Source of the DNA: Candidatus Nitrospira inopinata
Lineage (GTDB): Bacteria; Nitrospirota; Nitrospiria; Nitrospirales; Nitrospiraceae
Direction: 5' to 3'
NCBI RefSeq assembly: GCF_001458695.1
Contig: NZ_LN885086.1
Span: 2,760,001-2,792,000, forward strand
DNA: 32,000 nt
The translations under genes were made by a program, and so were the position numbers. The notes under the pieces were generated by a model. That model ran no database searches and was not told the origin of the DNA. It was given only the letters and a program-made list of their open reading frames with translations. Shown one piece after another: positions 1-9,171 of this stretch. Within the stretch, counting starts at the first letter, position 1. Every line of letters starts with the position of its first letter.

Positions 1-141
1 TTCTTAAACCATGCCATCCTTTGCTCCTTGCGAGAGGACGAACGACGATGGATCAAATGTTCCGCAAGCGCCGGCGCAGCATAGCATAATGCCCCCCATG
101 ACGCACGTTCCCACGCCCTCGACAGAGGCTCCCATGAGACC

Positions 142-864
142 TTATGGCACCGCAGCCGACAACGCCTGCCTCGTCAACATCCAGAGTCCGACACAGAGAC
201 TGGCCGTGCCGGCCAGCCCTTGCAGTCCCGCGAAGGCCCGCCGGCTGAACGCCATCGAGTACACGAGCGGGAGGCTGATCGTCAATCCGACCGCCATCAT
301 GCCGGCGATCGATCCGACGCCGAACACCGCGATGGACAACAACGCCGTCTTCAATTCCTGAGCGGAGGCCACGATCACGAGCATCAAGGCCGCCGATCCG
401 GCCAACCCGTGCGCCATGCCGATGCAGAGGGGGCGAATGGAATCCGCCATCCAATGTCGGTGGTGATGATCGATCCGTCGGCGGTGACTATGCAAATGGA
501 TATGGGCCCCATGACCGTGAGTGTGAGGATCGTGAGTATGAGGGTGGGCGTGCCACCGTTCGGTCAAAAGCTTGAAGATCAAGTTTCCGCCCAGCACGAC
601 AAGCAAAACCCCGACTCCGGCTTCGGCGACAATTTCAAACCGCTCCGAAATACGGATTCCGAACGCGAAGACGATCGCTCCCACCGCCAGCAGCGTCGCC
701 GTGTGGCCGATACCCCACCAGAAGCCCACGGCGCCGGACGCCCGGAGCGACGGTCGTTCGGCCAGCACCGTCGAGACGGCGGCCAGATGATCGGCGTCGA
801 GCGCATGCCTCAGTCCCAACAGGAAGCCCAATCCCAATCCCGCGGTATACGAAGGCTCACTCAC
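142..864 (-). CDS. NiCoT/NicO-family nickel-cobalt permease (UreH/HoxN-like) with histidine-rich loop
   Basis: 240-aa ORF with multiple hydrophobic spans. Carries RHALDADH (the HX4DH NiCoT signature) and WWGIGHT motifs. Central loop is HAHPHTHDPHTHGHGAHIHLHSHRRRIDHHHRH. Confidence 0.75.
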   Translation of the reverse strand: MSEPSYTAGLGLGFLLGLRHALDADHLAAVSTVLAERPSLRASGAVGFWWGIGHTATLLAVGAIVFAFGIRISERFEIVAEAGVGVLLVVLGGNLIFKLLTERWHAHPHTHDPHTHGHGAHIHLHSHRRRIDHHHRHWMADSIRPLCIGMAHGLAGSAALMLVIVASAQELKTALLSIAVFGVGSIAGMMAVGLTISLPLVYSMAFSRRAFAGLQGLAGTASLCVGLWMLTRQALSAAVP

Positions 865-910
865 GTCGTTGGTCTCTCCCCATCTCGGCGAACATCGACA
901 TAGAGCGGAC

Positions 911-1990
911 CTATCCCCCCCGCGCGTGCATCTCGAGATGCGGATCTTCCCGCAACCGCTCGATCCCGATAAGACCGCTCTCCCGTGTCCCCGTCCGTTC
1001 CAGCTCCTTGCGCGCCTCGGCGCCGCGATCCCGACGCGATCCCCACCCGGTTCTGATTATCTCCCGAATCTGATCCGGTGTAGCACCCCCGCGCATCGGC
1101 CCGCGCAGGTCAATTCCCTCCAGGGCATAGAGACAGAGGTACCACATGCCGTCGGCCGTCACGCGGCTCCGATCGCACTGCGCGCAAAAGGGCGCCGTCG
1201 TGGAAGAGATGATGCCGAACGTCGTGCCATCCGCCAGCCGGTACCGTTGAGCCGGCGCCGACCCCCGACCTGAAATGGCCATAATCAAACCGTACCGCCG
1301 GTTCAATCCTTCCAACATCACGTCGCGCGACAGCACCTTGTCCATCGTCCACTCATTGGCCCCGCCGACGTCCATATATTCAATAAACCGCACCTCGGCG
1401 CCGATGTGTTTGGCAAATTCAATCAGGGGTGCAAGCTCATCGTCATTGAATCCGCGGATCATGACCGTATCAAGCTTGAGATCGGGAAACCCGACCGTCC
1501 GAGCCGCCTCAATCCCGTCCAGAACGCGGGCGAATTCATCCCGGCCGGTCAACCGCCGAAATCTTTCCGGTTTCAACGTGTCCAAACTCACGGTCACCCG
1601 ATGGAGCCCCGCGTCATAAAGCGCCTGTGCCTGCTCGGCCAGTAACACCCCGTTCGTCGTCAGGGCAATCTCCGTGATCCCTCGGTTCTGCGAGAGCAGC
1701 CGGACCAACCGCGGAAGGTCTCGCCGCAGGAGCGGCTCCCCGCCTGTCAGCCGGACCTTGTCCACTCCCAGGTCAACGAAATAGCCGGCTAGGGTCGCCA
1801 TCTCCTCGAAGCTCAACACATCTTCGCGGGGGAGCCACACATAGTCTTCTTCGGGCATGCAGTAGCGGCAGCGCAGGTTGCAGCGATCGGTCACGGAGAG
1901 CCTCAGGCTCCGAAGCGGCCGGCCGTAGAGATCTTGGACCGCTTCGCCCACGGCGTGACGGCGAGAAGACGAAAGAGAGAGGTCGTCCAT
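911..1990 (-). CDS. moaA: GTP 3',8-cyclase MoaA (radical SAM, first step of Moco biosynthesis)
   Basis: 359-aa ORF. Has the radical-SAM motif CNLRCRYC, GGEPLLR, a second cluster CAQC-x13-C, and the C-terminal GG tail typical of MoaA. Confidence 0.92.
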   Translation of the reverse strand: MDDLSLSSSRRHAVGEAVQDLYGRPLRSLRLSVTDRCNLRCRYCMPEEDYVWLPREDVLSFEEMATLAGYFVDLGVDKVRLTGGEPLLRRDLPRLVRLLSQNRGITEIALTTNGVLLAEQAQALYDAGLHRVTVSLDTLKPERFRRLTGRDEFARVLDGIEAARTVGFPDLKLDTVMIRGFNDDELAPLIEFAKHIGAEVRFIEYMDVGGANEWTMDKVLSRDVMLEGLNRRYGLIMAISGRGSAPAQRYRLADGTTFGIISSTTAPFCAQCDRSRVTADGMWYLCLYALEGIDLRGPMRGGATPDQIREIIRTGWGSRRDRGAEARKELERTGTRESGLIGIERLREDPHLEMHARGG

Positions 1991-2008
1991 GTCCCGGTCA
2001 CCAACCTC

Positions 2009-2716
2009 TCAGGGGTGCTCTTCCACCCACACTTCGCCCTGTGGCGTGTGTTCGAGCTTCCAGATGGGAGTAATTTGCTTCAACTCGTCGATCGCCCACT
2101 TGCAGGCACGAAACGCGTCGGCCCTGTGCTCCGCCGCCGCGATAATCAGCACGATGTTTTCTCCGATCGCGATCTCGCCGTAGCGATGGACAATCAACAG
2201 TTCAAGAATGTCGAAATCCTTCAGTGCCCGTTCACGGATCTCGCGCAATTTTTTTTGGGCCATGCCTTCATAATGTTCAAACGTGATCCGGTCCACTTCC
2301 CGGCCCCGTGACCAATCCCGAGCAATGCCCAGAAACGTGGCAATGCCCCCGATCCTCGTGGACCGGCGGCGGACGCGATCCAGTTCCCGGTCGACCGAGA
2401 AGTCCTCGCGCTGGACCCGGGCGAACTCTTTTGCTTCATCCTGTTCCGTCGAAACTTCACCGGAAGCCCCCCCTGCAAACGGAGGCAAGAGCGCGATCTC
2501 GTCCTCGGCATGAACGACCGTGTCTTCGTGCGCGATCTCTTGATTGACCGATACCAAGACTTTTTTCTTCTGAATCAGGGCTCCGATGTCCGGGTAACCG
2601 GCCTCGATGGCGCCGATCACGTCCTTGACCTGCCGGCCGTCAGCCACATTCAGCGACAGAGTCGCCTGATTCCCGGCCATCATTTTCGTCATGCCGAATA
2701 ACTTGACTGTCACCAT
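2009..2716 (-). CDS. moaE: Fused MoaD-MoaE molybdopterin synthase (sulfur carrier and catalytic subunit in one ORF)
   Basis: 235-aa ORF. The N-terminal ~83 aa are ThiS/MoaD-like and end in LLPPFAGG. A short acidic linker follows, then a MoaE-like domain (GGIATFLGIARD..., HRYGEIAIGENIVLIIAAAEHRADAF, PIWK). Confidence 0.8.
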   Translation of the reverse strand: MVTVKLFGMTKMMAGNQATLSLNVADGRQVKDVIGAIEAGYPDIGALIQKKKVLVSVNQEIAHEDTVVHAEDEIALLPPFAGGASGEVSTEQDEAKEFARVQREDFSVDRELDRVRRRSTRIGGIATFLGIARDWSRGREVDRITFEHYEGMAQKKLREIRERALKDFDILELLIVHRYGEIAIGENIVLIIAAAEHRADAFRACKWAIDELKQITPIWKLEHTPQGEVWVEEHP

Positions 2717-2721
2717 GATCG

Positions 2722-3234
2722 CTACGCCTTAACCTTGACCCGGCCTTCCCTGGTATAGGTCCCAGACTTGCCGCCGGACTTGGAGAGCAGACAGACATCG
2801 GTGACGGTCATCCCCCGATCAATTGCCTTGCACATGTCATAGATCGTGAGCGCCGCAACCGAGACCGCCGTCATCGCTTCCATTTCCACGCCGGTTTGCC
2901 CCGTGGTCTTGACGGTCGCCACAATCGTGATCGAGCAGAGGCCGTCGACATTGGGTTGCGTGTCTTCTTCGAAACTGATGTCCACACTGGAGAGAAACAA
3001 CGGATGGCACATGGGAATAAGGTCCGGCGTTCGCTTGGCCCCCATCACCCCGGCCACTTGAGCAACCGCCAGTACATCGCCCTTGGCGATCGTGCGTCGT
3101 TGAATTTTTTCAAGGGTTTCCGGTCGGAGGAGAATCTTGGCCTGGGCCATGGCGACCCGTTCCGTCAAGGCCTTGGCGGTCACGTCGACCATGCGGGCGC
3201 GACCAGCCTCGTTAAAGTGGGTGAATTCGGCCAT
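2722..3234 (-). CDS. moaC: Cyclic pyranopterin monophosphate synthase MoaC
   Basis: The ORF is open to 3261. The MoaC-like N-terminus starts at the internal ATG 3234 (MAEFTHFNEAGRARMVDVTAK). Conserved IPMCHPL and DMCKAIDR blocks are present. The predicted promoter puts the TSS near 3268. Confidence 0.88.
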   Translation of the reverse strand: MAEFTHFNEAGRARMVDVTAKALTERVAMAQAKILLRPETLEKIQRRTIAKGDVLAVAQVAGVMGAKRTPDLIPMCHPLFLSSVDISFEEDTQPNVDGLCSITIVATVKTTGQTGVEMEAMTAVSVAALTIYDMCKAIDRGMTVTDVCLLSKSGGKSGTYTREGRVKVKA

Positions 3235-3275
3235 TTTGTTCGGTGAATCAGGGCGTTGCACTACGTCGTCACAGA

Positions 3276-3305
3276 ATTATAGGGGCCGCCGGAAATGAAG
3301 GTCAA
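3276..3305 (-). promoter_or_regulatory. Candidate sigma70 promoter of the moaC-moaDE-moaA operon
   Basis: The minus strand reads TTGACC (3305-3300), an 18-nt spacer, then TATAAT (3281-3276), about 40 nt upstream of the moaC ATG. Confidence 0.4.
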
Positions 3306-3654
3306 GCAAGAGAAGGCGATGGTGGATAGACCTCACGACAACCTCTGGAGACGCCGCGAAGTGACACGGTTCATCTGAGCGGGGAGACCTGACAGCAATC
3401 CGAACCCTCTTATGGTATGTGTGAGGCCGGTTTCGCACAATATCGAAGGGGCCGAACGGGATTTCCCCGACCTTGTTTAGCAGATTGCGGAAAAATTCGA
3501 TAGCCCGTTAGGTACCTTAGCGGTCCACTTAATTTTATGGTAGGGCTCGCTCTCGGGCTTGACCAGAAAAGGAGAATGTCCCATTTTGTCCGCCCCAGGA
3601 GAGAAAGAGGCATAGTCTTTTCATTCTTGTGCCAAGTCCGGCTCATCCTTAAGA

Positions 3655-3971
3655 TGGCCTGGGGCACTGACATTCTGTTCGACCCCGCACGAACATCGAA
3701 GCAAAACGCCATCCTCACCACTCTCACCCGCCGGCACCATCCAGCCGAAATCCTGCGGATGGCCACCGGCACCGACGCCGAGTTGCTGGCGCGCTCTTGC
3801 CCGCGCAATCCCTATCCCGGTAAGCTCGGGGTGGTGGAAGAAGGAGCCGTGGCCGATCTGCTGCTTGTGGACGGCAATCCGCTGGACAACCTCGAATGAA
3901 TCGCGGATCCGGAAAGAAATGTCGTGGTGATCATGAAGGACGGTACGATCTACAAGAACAGCCTTCGGTGA
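3655..3971 (+). pseudogene. C-terminal relic of a metal-dependent amidohydrolase (5'-truncated, in-frame TGA)
   Basis: Translation gives ...AWGTDILFD...AEILRMATGTDAELLA...GKLGVVEEGAVADLLLVDGNPLDNLE, then TGA (3897-3899). The same frame continues IADPERNVVVIMKDGTIYKNSLR*, the typical amidohydrolase C-terminus. No N-terminal metal-binding half is present. Confidence 0.6.
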
Positions 3972-3996
3972 TCAGGCGAGGCTTGAAGGGCAAATC

Positions 3997-4479
3997 GTGA
4001 AACCATCGGACAAAGAGACCACAGAATCAAAAGGTGTTGATGTGACGAGCGCTCTGGCTGCCGCTCTGAAGCAACTCTGCCAGCGATTGCGCGATCACGG
4101 ATTGTCGGTCAAGCTAGGCGCGCCGGGCGACGACTCTGACCTTGCTCTGTGGCCCTGGCAACTGACTCCTGGCTCAAGTCCGCGCTCGGCGCCGGTCGGC
4201 GGCTCCGCCCCTACCCTTTCGGCCCAGACACCGATCATCCTCGAACTTCGCTTTCTGCTGGTCTCCAACAAAGACTCCGAGGACGCCGTTCACGCTTTGA
4301 CCTTGGCTCAAACGATCCTTGCCCAATCTCCGATCATGCAAGTCAGCGATACACCGGTCCAGATTGCATCGGAGTCCCTCGCGCCGGATCATCTGGCGGC
4401 ATTGTTCACCGCGGCGGGCATGTGTCTGAGTTTGTCCAGCGCCTACGTGGCACGATGCACGGTCTTGCCTCACTCATAA
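3997..4479 (+). CDS. Hypothetical protein, DUF4255 (Pvc16 N-terminal)-like
   Basis: 160-aa ORF with a GTG start. My recognition of the family pattern rests on DLALWPWQL, ILELRFLLVS, EDAVHALTLAQTIL and SLAPDHLAALFTAAG...SLSSAYVARCTV. No search was run. Confidence 0.4.
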   Translation: MKPSDKETTESKGVDVTSALAAALKQLCQRLRDHGLSVKLGAPGDDSDLALWPWQLTPGSSPRSAPVGGSAPTLSAQTPIILELRFLLVSNKDSEDAVHALTLAQTILAQSPIMQVSDTPVQIASESLAPDHLAALFTAAGMCLSLSSAYVARCTVLPHS

Positions 4480-4621
4480 CTTGATCACCGGAACGAAGGA
4501 GTCTCGTCGGAGGGACTCCCTCATGAGCGCTTGACAAACACAAGAATCTTCCGCGATCGTGTTTTCGCTCGACCAGGGCCACGCAAGCAGTTTCTCATAG
4601 AGAACCCCTCAGAGAGAATCC

Positions 4622-4939
4622 ATGGACATCCGAATCATCCGCGACGCGATCACCAAGGACGAGCTCCGAACCATCGCCGCTCAACAGTTCGGCGACATGG
4701 TCAAGGCCGTCGTCGACGTCGAGCGAGAGATCATGGCGATCGGCGGCGAACTGCATGCTGATGAGGAAACCCTGCTGTTGGAGAACGGATCACGCCAGGA
4801 GAACCTGTGGGGCGTCAATCTCTATCCGGAGCAACCGCCTTCGGAGTGGATCGAGTTCGACTCGATGATCAATGTTCACCGGCCCATGGGAACCGGTCGC
4901 GGTTCGTGGAGAACGCGACGATTCGTGACGCCATTGTAG
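4622..4939 (+). CDS. DUF5674-like protein, apparently frameshifted near its 3' end
   Basis: The core FGDMVKAVVDVEREIMAIGGELHADEETLLLENGSRQENLWGVNLYPE...EFDSMIN matches my memory of DUF5674. After about 4890 the listed frame becomes R/G-rich. The adjacent frame reads NRSRFVENATIRDAIVAIIHRLVRD* and ends at 4968. Confidence 0.5.
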   Translation: MDIRIIRDAITKDELRTIAAQQFGDMVKAVVDVEREIMAIGGELHADEETLLLENGSRQENLWGVNLYPEQPPSEWIEFDSMINVHRPMGTGRGSWRTRRFVTPL

Positions 4940-4976
4940 CGATCATCCATCGGTTGGTGCGGGACTGACATCCCTC

Positions 4977-5324
4977 ATGACACCCGTTCATAAACAATTG
5001 GCATCGGGACGCTGGCATTCACTTTCCCTCTTGGAGCAACTGGCCAATGTCGGCAGCGAGGTGGCTCGCGCCGGCCGCTGGTATGAATCGGATCGGGATC
5101 GTTGCGAACAGGCCTTTGTCCGAACCCTTGAACTGTTGGATTTGACGATCGCCGATCCCAGGTGGAAAGGCCGCCGCAAAGAATTGACCCGTGCGCGCGA
5201 ACTCTTGTGCGACGCCATGTATGGCGGAACGCTCTACGGCAGTGATTGGGCTTCGCTGGATCGCTACTTCTTTCACTTCGCCGTGGCGGCCCGCCTGAGT
5301 CGCCGAATGGCAGGGAGACAATAA
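4977..5324 (+). CDS. Hypothetical protein (helical, conserved-looking)
   Basis: 115-aa ORF lying 8 nt after the restored end of the preceding gene. No motif recognised. Confidence 0.45.
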   Translation: MTPVHKQLASGRWHSLSLLEQLANVGSEVARAGRWYESDRDRCEQAFVRTLELLDLTIADPRWKGRRKELTRARELLCDAMYGGTLYGSDWASLDRYFFHFAVAARLSRRMAGRQ

Positions 5325-5463
5325 AGAAAACAAGACGGCTTTTCCCATCCCTTCGCACGCCGGTTGTTTCTTTTACGGCGAACCCACTCTGGAAAATCAC
5401 CGTTCATTTTCAGTAGACTCGTCCCGGTTTGCGAGCGGTTGTGCGTCCGCTGACGGAGGGATA

Positions 5464-5874
5464 ATGGAACTCTTTCGCCGGCTTTTCGGCCTGCCGTCGT
5501 TCGCCGGGTCCACGAATGCCTTGCTGGTCGAGCTGATGTTGCCGACGCTGACAGACGCGCAACGCGCCGAGTTGAAGAAACGCGCCATTGAATTCTTGCA
5601 AAACACCGGCTCGGCGGGAACCTCGCCGGAGGCTGCGTTGGCCGTCTTGAATCAAGCCTCCCGTATCACGCAACTCAATCTCCTTGCGCTTGCCATGAAA
5701 GAACTGGGCTATAAGCCTGCGCTCTCGACGGAACGATTCAAAGCAATCAGCGACCCCTTTGCCCCGGACCTCGTGGACGAGCGGACCTTGCGGGCCGTCG
5801 CCCGTCGGTTGAAATGGGCGCACGGAGTCGAGGCGCTGATCGGCGAAGAGCCCCTGAGCTTCGATTCATGGTAG
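5464..5874 (+). CDS. Hypothetical protein
   Basis: 136-aa ORF in an otherwise empty interval, with plausible codon usage. No motif recognised. Confidence 0.4.
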   Translation: MELFRRLFGLPSFAGSTNALLVELMLPTLTDAQRAELKKRAIEFLQNTGSAGTSPEAALAVLNQASRITQLNLLALAMKELGYKPALSTERFKAISDPFAPDLVDERTLRAVARRLKWAHGVEALIGEEPLSFDSW

Positions 5875-5883
5875 CCCCGTTCA

Positions 5884-5912
5884 CTTGACAGGCTGAAACC
5901 GCAAAGTTATCC
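5884..5912 (+). promoter_or_regulatory. Candidate sigma70 promoter upstream of skp
   Basis: TTGACA (5884-5889), a 17-nt spacer, then TATCCT (5907-5912). Confidence 0.35.
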
Positions 5913-5963
5913 TGCCCCCGCTTTGATTCAACCCATGCCCACACCTTGAAAGAAGGAGTTCCA

Positions 5964-6515
5964 ATGCGAATCCGCTCGTTCCAACGCGTTCTCGCGACCT
6001 CGCTACTTGTCCTTCCGCTTACCTTTTTCGCTTCCCCTGCTCCGGCAGCCGAAGACTTCAAAATGGGCGTCGTGGATCCCCAAATCGTGCTGGAGAAATC
6101 CAAGGCGGGCAAGCGGGCGCTGGAAGGGTTAAAGGAATATGTGTCCATTCGACAAAAGCTGTTGGCCAAAGACGAAGAAGAGCTGCGCAACACCGAAAAG
6201 CAGCTTCGCGAGCAAGCGGCCAAGATGAGCGAGACCGAAAAACGGGAGAAAGAAACGCAGTTCCGAACCAAGGTGCAGGACTACCAAAAGCGCGCGCAGG
6301 AGTTCAACCAAGAGCTCCAGCGAAAGCAAAAAGAACTGGTCGACGACTACATGAAAAAGATCATGGCGGCGACCAAGACTGTTGCCGAAAAAGGCGGGTT
6401 TTCCCTCGTCTTGGACAAGGGCAGCGAGCAGACGATGAAGATCGTCATCTACAATAAAGACGCCATCGATCTCACGGAGCAAGTCGTCAAGGAGTTTGAT
6501 CTGACCAACAAGTAA
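5964..6515 (+). CDS. skp: OmpH/Skp-family periplasmic chaperone
   Basis: ATG at 5964 preceded by AGGAG (5954-5958). Signal peptide MRIRSFQRVLATSLLVLPLTFFASPAPAAE. Lys/Glu/Gln-rich coiled-coil body and a GFSLVLDKG...IVIYNKDAIDLT tail. Confidence 0.85.
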   Translation: MRIRSFQRVLATSLLVLPLTFFASPAPAAEDFKMGVVDPQIVLEKSKAGKRALEGLKEYVSIRQKLLAKDEEELRNTEKQLREQAAKMSETEKREKETQFRTKVQDYQKRAQEFNQELQRKQKELVDDYMKKIMAATKTVAEKGGFSLVLDKGSEQTMKIVIYNKDAIDLTEQVVKEFDLTNK

Positions 6516-6585
6516 AATCGATCACGTCCGGTGTTCCGCGTGAGCGCCGGGTCTTCCTCCGGCTTAATCCTGACGCCGGCTTCGA

Positions 6586-7635
6586 TCAGAATAAACATCC
6601 TTGCTCGCATCCCGGTCTCCGGAACGTATCCGGGATCGAGCCCGAATCATCATCGGAGAATCCCGCCCGCCGTCTCGCCACGTCGAACAATCGCTCGATC
6701 ATCTCCCAATAGACGCCCGTCCCCGCCTGCCGCTTGAAAAATTCGCTCTCGTTGAGCGAGCCGCCCCTCACGTCCCGCAGCCGGTTGACGATTTTCCCGA
6801 CGCGATCCGGGAACAGTTCGCTCATCCGCTCCAGAAACACGGTTTCCACATTCCCGCTCAGCCGCAGCAACGTGGCGAACGCGGTGCGGGCTCCCGCCCC
6901 TCGCGCTCGCTCCAGCAGCTCGGGAATATCTCTTTCGTTCAAGCCGGGTATGATCGGTGCCAGTGAAACGCCGACGACGATCCCCTCCCCGGCCAAGGTG
7001 CGGACGGTCTCGAAGCGTTTTGAAATGGATGGGGCGTGGGGCTCGACTTTTCGGGCGATCGCGTCGGATGCAAAGGGAATGCTGATATACACGCGAAGCC
7101 AGGCTTTTTCATTCAAGCATCTGAGAAGATCCAGATCCCGCAGCACCAGCGCCCCTTTTGTAATGATGCCGACCGGATTGCGGTACTCGGCGCAGACGGC
7201 CAGACAGGCTCTTGTCAGGCCGTACACCGCCTCCAGCGGCTGATAACAGTCCGTATTCCCCGAAAACACGATCAGTTCCCCTCGCCACGAGGATTTGTCG
7301 AACGCGCGCCGCAACAGACGTGGCGCGTCTTTTTTGATGACGATCTTGCTGTCAAAATCCGTCCCGGCGCCGAACCCCCAATACTCATGCGACGGCCGGG
7401 CGTAACAATAGGCGCAAGCGTGAAAACACCCTCGATACGGATTCACACTCCATCGAAAGGGAAGATCCGGGCTTTCATTGCGGCTCAGGATTTCCCTCGT
7501 CGCATCGTCGTAGACCGTCAACGCGGCGGGGCCTGCCGGTTCGAGCAAGTCCCGGTGCCGTGATTCATAGGGATTGGGGGGATTCGCGATGACTCGCATG
7601 GTTTCATGGTGACTCCGACCGATCCCTCGTGTCAA
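6586..7635 (-). CDS. Radical SAM protein, PA0069/SplB-like family
   Basis: 349-aa ORF with NPYRGCFHACAYCYARP (CX3CX2C). TTG start at 7635; an alternative ATG lies at 7599. Confidence 0.75.
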   Translation of the reverse strand: MTRGIGRSHHETMRVIANPPNPYESRHRDLLEPAGPAALTVYDDATREILSRNESPDLPFRWSVNPYRGCFHACAYCYARPSHEYWGFGAGTDFDSKIVIKKDAPRLLRRAFDKSSWRGELIVFSGNTDCYQPLEAVYGLTRACLAVCAEYRNPVGIITKGALVLRDLDLLRCLNEKAWLRVYISIPFASDAIARKVEPHAPSISKRFETVRTLAGEGIVVGVSLAPIIPGLNERDIPELLERARGAGARTAFATLLRLSGNVETVFLERMSELFPDRVGKIVNRLRDVRGGSLNESEFFKRQAGTGVYWEMIERLFDVARRRAGFSDDDSGSIPDTFRRPGCEQGCLF

Positions 7636-7737
7636 CGAGCGCCCCTCGCCGTCCCGCCGATCGGTCGGTGGCTTCGTTGACTCTCCACAACGCCGATGCT
7701 AGATTCCAGACGCTTTCGAGCCGGAAGAAACACCGTC

Positions 7738-9018
7738 ATGCATGACCCGAAATATCTTAGGGAAAACACGGAGTTGATCCGCACCGCCTTGGGCACCCGC
7801 GGCCGCGACGTTCCCTGGGACGCCGTTCGGAAACTCGGCGAGGAACGGCGCGCGCTGACCGCGCAGGTCGAGCAACTTCGGCATGAGCTCAAAAAAGGAT
7901 CCGACGACGTCGCCCGCCGGCGTCGAACCGGCGAGCCGACCGACGACGCCGTCGAGGCGATGAAGCGAGTGGGAGATCGGATTAAAGAGATTGAAGGGCG
8001 CTTACGGGAAACAGAGGACGCCTTAAACGACCTTGCCCTCCGCATCCCCAATCTGCCGCACCAGACGGTTCCGCAAGGCCCGGACTCCACCCACAACGTT
8101 GAAATTCGCCGCTGGGGCGCTATCCCCTCCTTCGCGACTCCGCCGAAGCCCCATTGGGAGATCGGCGAGGCTCTTGGGATCTTGGACTTTGATCGAGCCG
8201 CCAAAATCGCGGGGGCTCGGTTTGCCCTGCTGCGCGGAGCCGGCGCAAGACTGGAGCGAGCGTTGATCGATTACATGCTCGATCTTCACACGACCGGACA
8301 CGGCTATCAAGAAGTGCTGCCTCCCGTCATCGTCAATCGACAGACGATGACCGGAACCGGGCAACTTCCCAAGTTCGAAGACGATCTGTTTCGATTGCGC
8401 GACGAAGACTGGTTTCTGATTCCTACAGCCGAAGTGCCCGTCACGAATCTCCATCGAGACGAAACCCTCACCGAGAACCAGTTACCCCTTCGGTACACTG
8501 CCTACACCCCCTGTTTCAGACGCGAGGCGGGCTCGTACGGGAAAGACACCCGCGGCCTGATCCGGCTGCATCAATTCAACAAAGTGGAATTGGTCTCGTT
8601 GACGACGCCCGACCAATCGTACCAAGAACTCGAACGGCTGACCGGCCATGCCGAAGCGATCTTGCAAAACCTGAATCTTCCTTACAGGGTCGTCACACTC
8701 TGCACGGGCGATCTGGGATTTTCCGCGGCCAAAACCTACGATATCGAAGTCTGGTTGCCTTCCCAAGGACAGTACCGGGAGATTTCGTCATGCAGTAATT
8801 TTGAAGCCTTTCAGGCACGCCGGGCCAACATCAAATATCGACCTGCTAGAAAAGACGCCAAGCCCGACTTCGTCCACACCTTGAACGGGTCGGGCCTTGC
8901 CGTCGGCCGAACGATGGTGGCCATCCTCGAAAACTACCAGCAGCCTGATGGATCGGTCTTGATTCCGGAAGCATTGCGACCCTATATGAGCGGCAAGGAA
9001 CGGCTCGCCAAGGAGTGA
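7738..9018 (+). CDS. serS: Seryl-tRNA synthetase
   Basis: Starts [15 protein letters not shown], followed by an N-terminal coiled coil. Class II motifs are present: [25 protein letters not shown] and [21 protein letters not shown]. The ORF is open from 7696, but the ATG at 7738 fits SerS N-termini. Confidence 0.95.
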   Translation: MHDPKYLRENTELIRTALGTRGRDVPWDAVRKLGEERRALTAQVEQLRHELKKGSDDVARRRRTGEPTDDAVEAMKRVGDRIKEIEGRLRETEDALNDLALRIPNLPHQTVPQGPDSTHNVEIRRWGAIPSFATPPKPHWEIGEALGILDFDRAAKIAGARFALLRGAGARLERALIDYMLDLHTTGHGYQEVLPPVIVNRQTMTGTGQLPKFEDDLFRLRDEDWFLIPTAEVPVTNLHRDETLTENQLPLRYTAYTPCFRREAGSYGKDTRGLIRLHQFNKVELVSLTTPDQSYQELERLTGHAEAILQNLNLPYRVVTLCTGDLGFSAAKTYDIEVWLPSQGQYREISSCSNFEAFQARRANIKYRPARKDAKPDFVHTLNGSGLAVGRTMVAILENYQQPDGSVLIPEALRPYMSGKERLAKE

Positions 9019-9137
9019 CCGAGCCGAGCAAACGACATACGCACTCGCGATCCTCTCGCCAAGAGAGTCCTGATGTCTCTTGGGCCCGGAAACCGGGGGA
9101 TGAAAAGAATGTATGGTGGGGACGAGAGAACTGGCAG

Positions 9138-9167
9138 GTTTCACGCAATTCAGTTTCATGCAATTCA
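9138..9167 (+). repeat. Tandem 15-bp direct repeat abutting tRNA-Ser
   Basis: GTTTCACGCAATTCA followed by GTTTCATGCAATTCA (1 mismatch), ending 4 nt before the tRNA 5' end. Confidence 0.7.
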
Positions 9168-9171
9168 GTAT

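Noticed and set aside
11-903. Plus-strand ORFs 11-361 and 220-903 overlapping the NiCoT gene
   Set aside because: They are antisense to an ORF with a clear transporter signature, and their translations are low-complexity.
3262-3420. Possible Moco riboswitch in the moaC leader
   Set aside because: I could not recognise the conserved Moco-RNA helices by eye. The good promoter at 3276-3305 leaves only a ~35-nt leader, which is too short. An Rfam RF01055 cmsearch would settle it.
3897-3899. In-frame TGA in the amidohydrolase fragment as a possible selenocysteine codon
   Set aside because: The gene lacks its entire N-terminal catalytic half, the position is not a catalytic Cys site, and no SECIS-like hairpin follows. 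Pseudogene decay is the simpler reading.
4531-4761. 76-aa ORF starting at a TTGACA-containing site upstream of the DUF5674-like gene
   Set aside because: It overlaps the better-supported 4622 ORF in another frame, and its translation is Arg-rich low complexity.
9059-9100. Hairpins after serS (CCAAGAGA...TCTCTTGG, then CCCGG-AAA-CCGGG) as an intrinsic terminator
   Set aside because: No U-tract follows. They may simply be structure in a serS-tRNA-Ser co-transcript.
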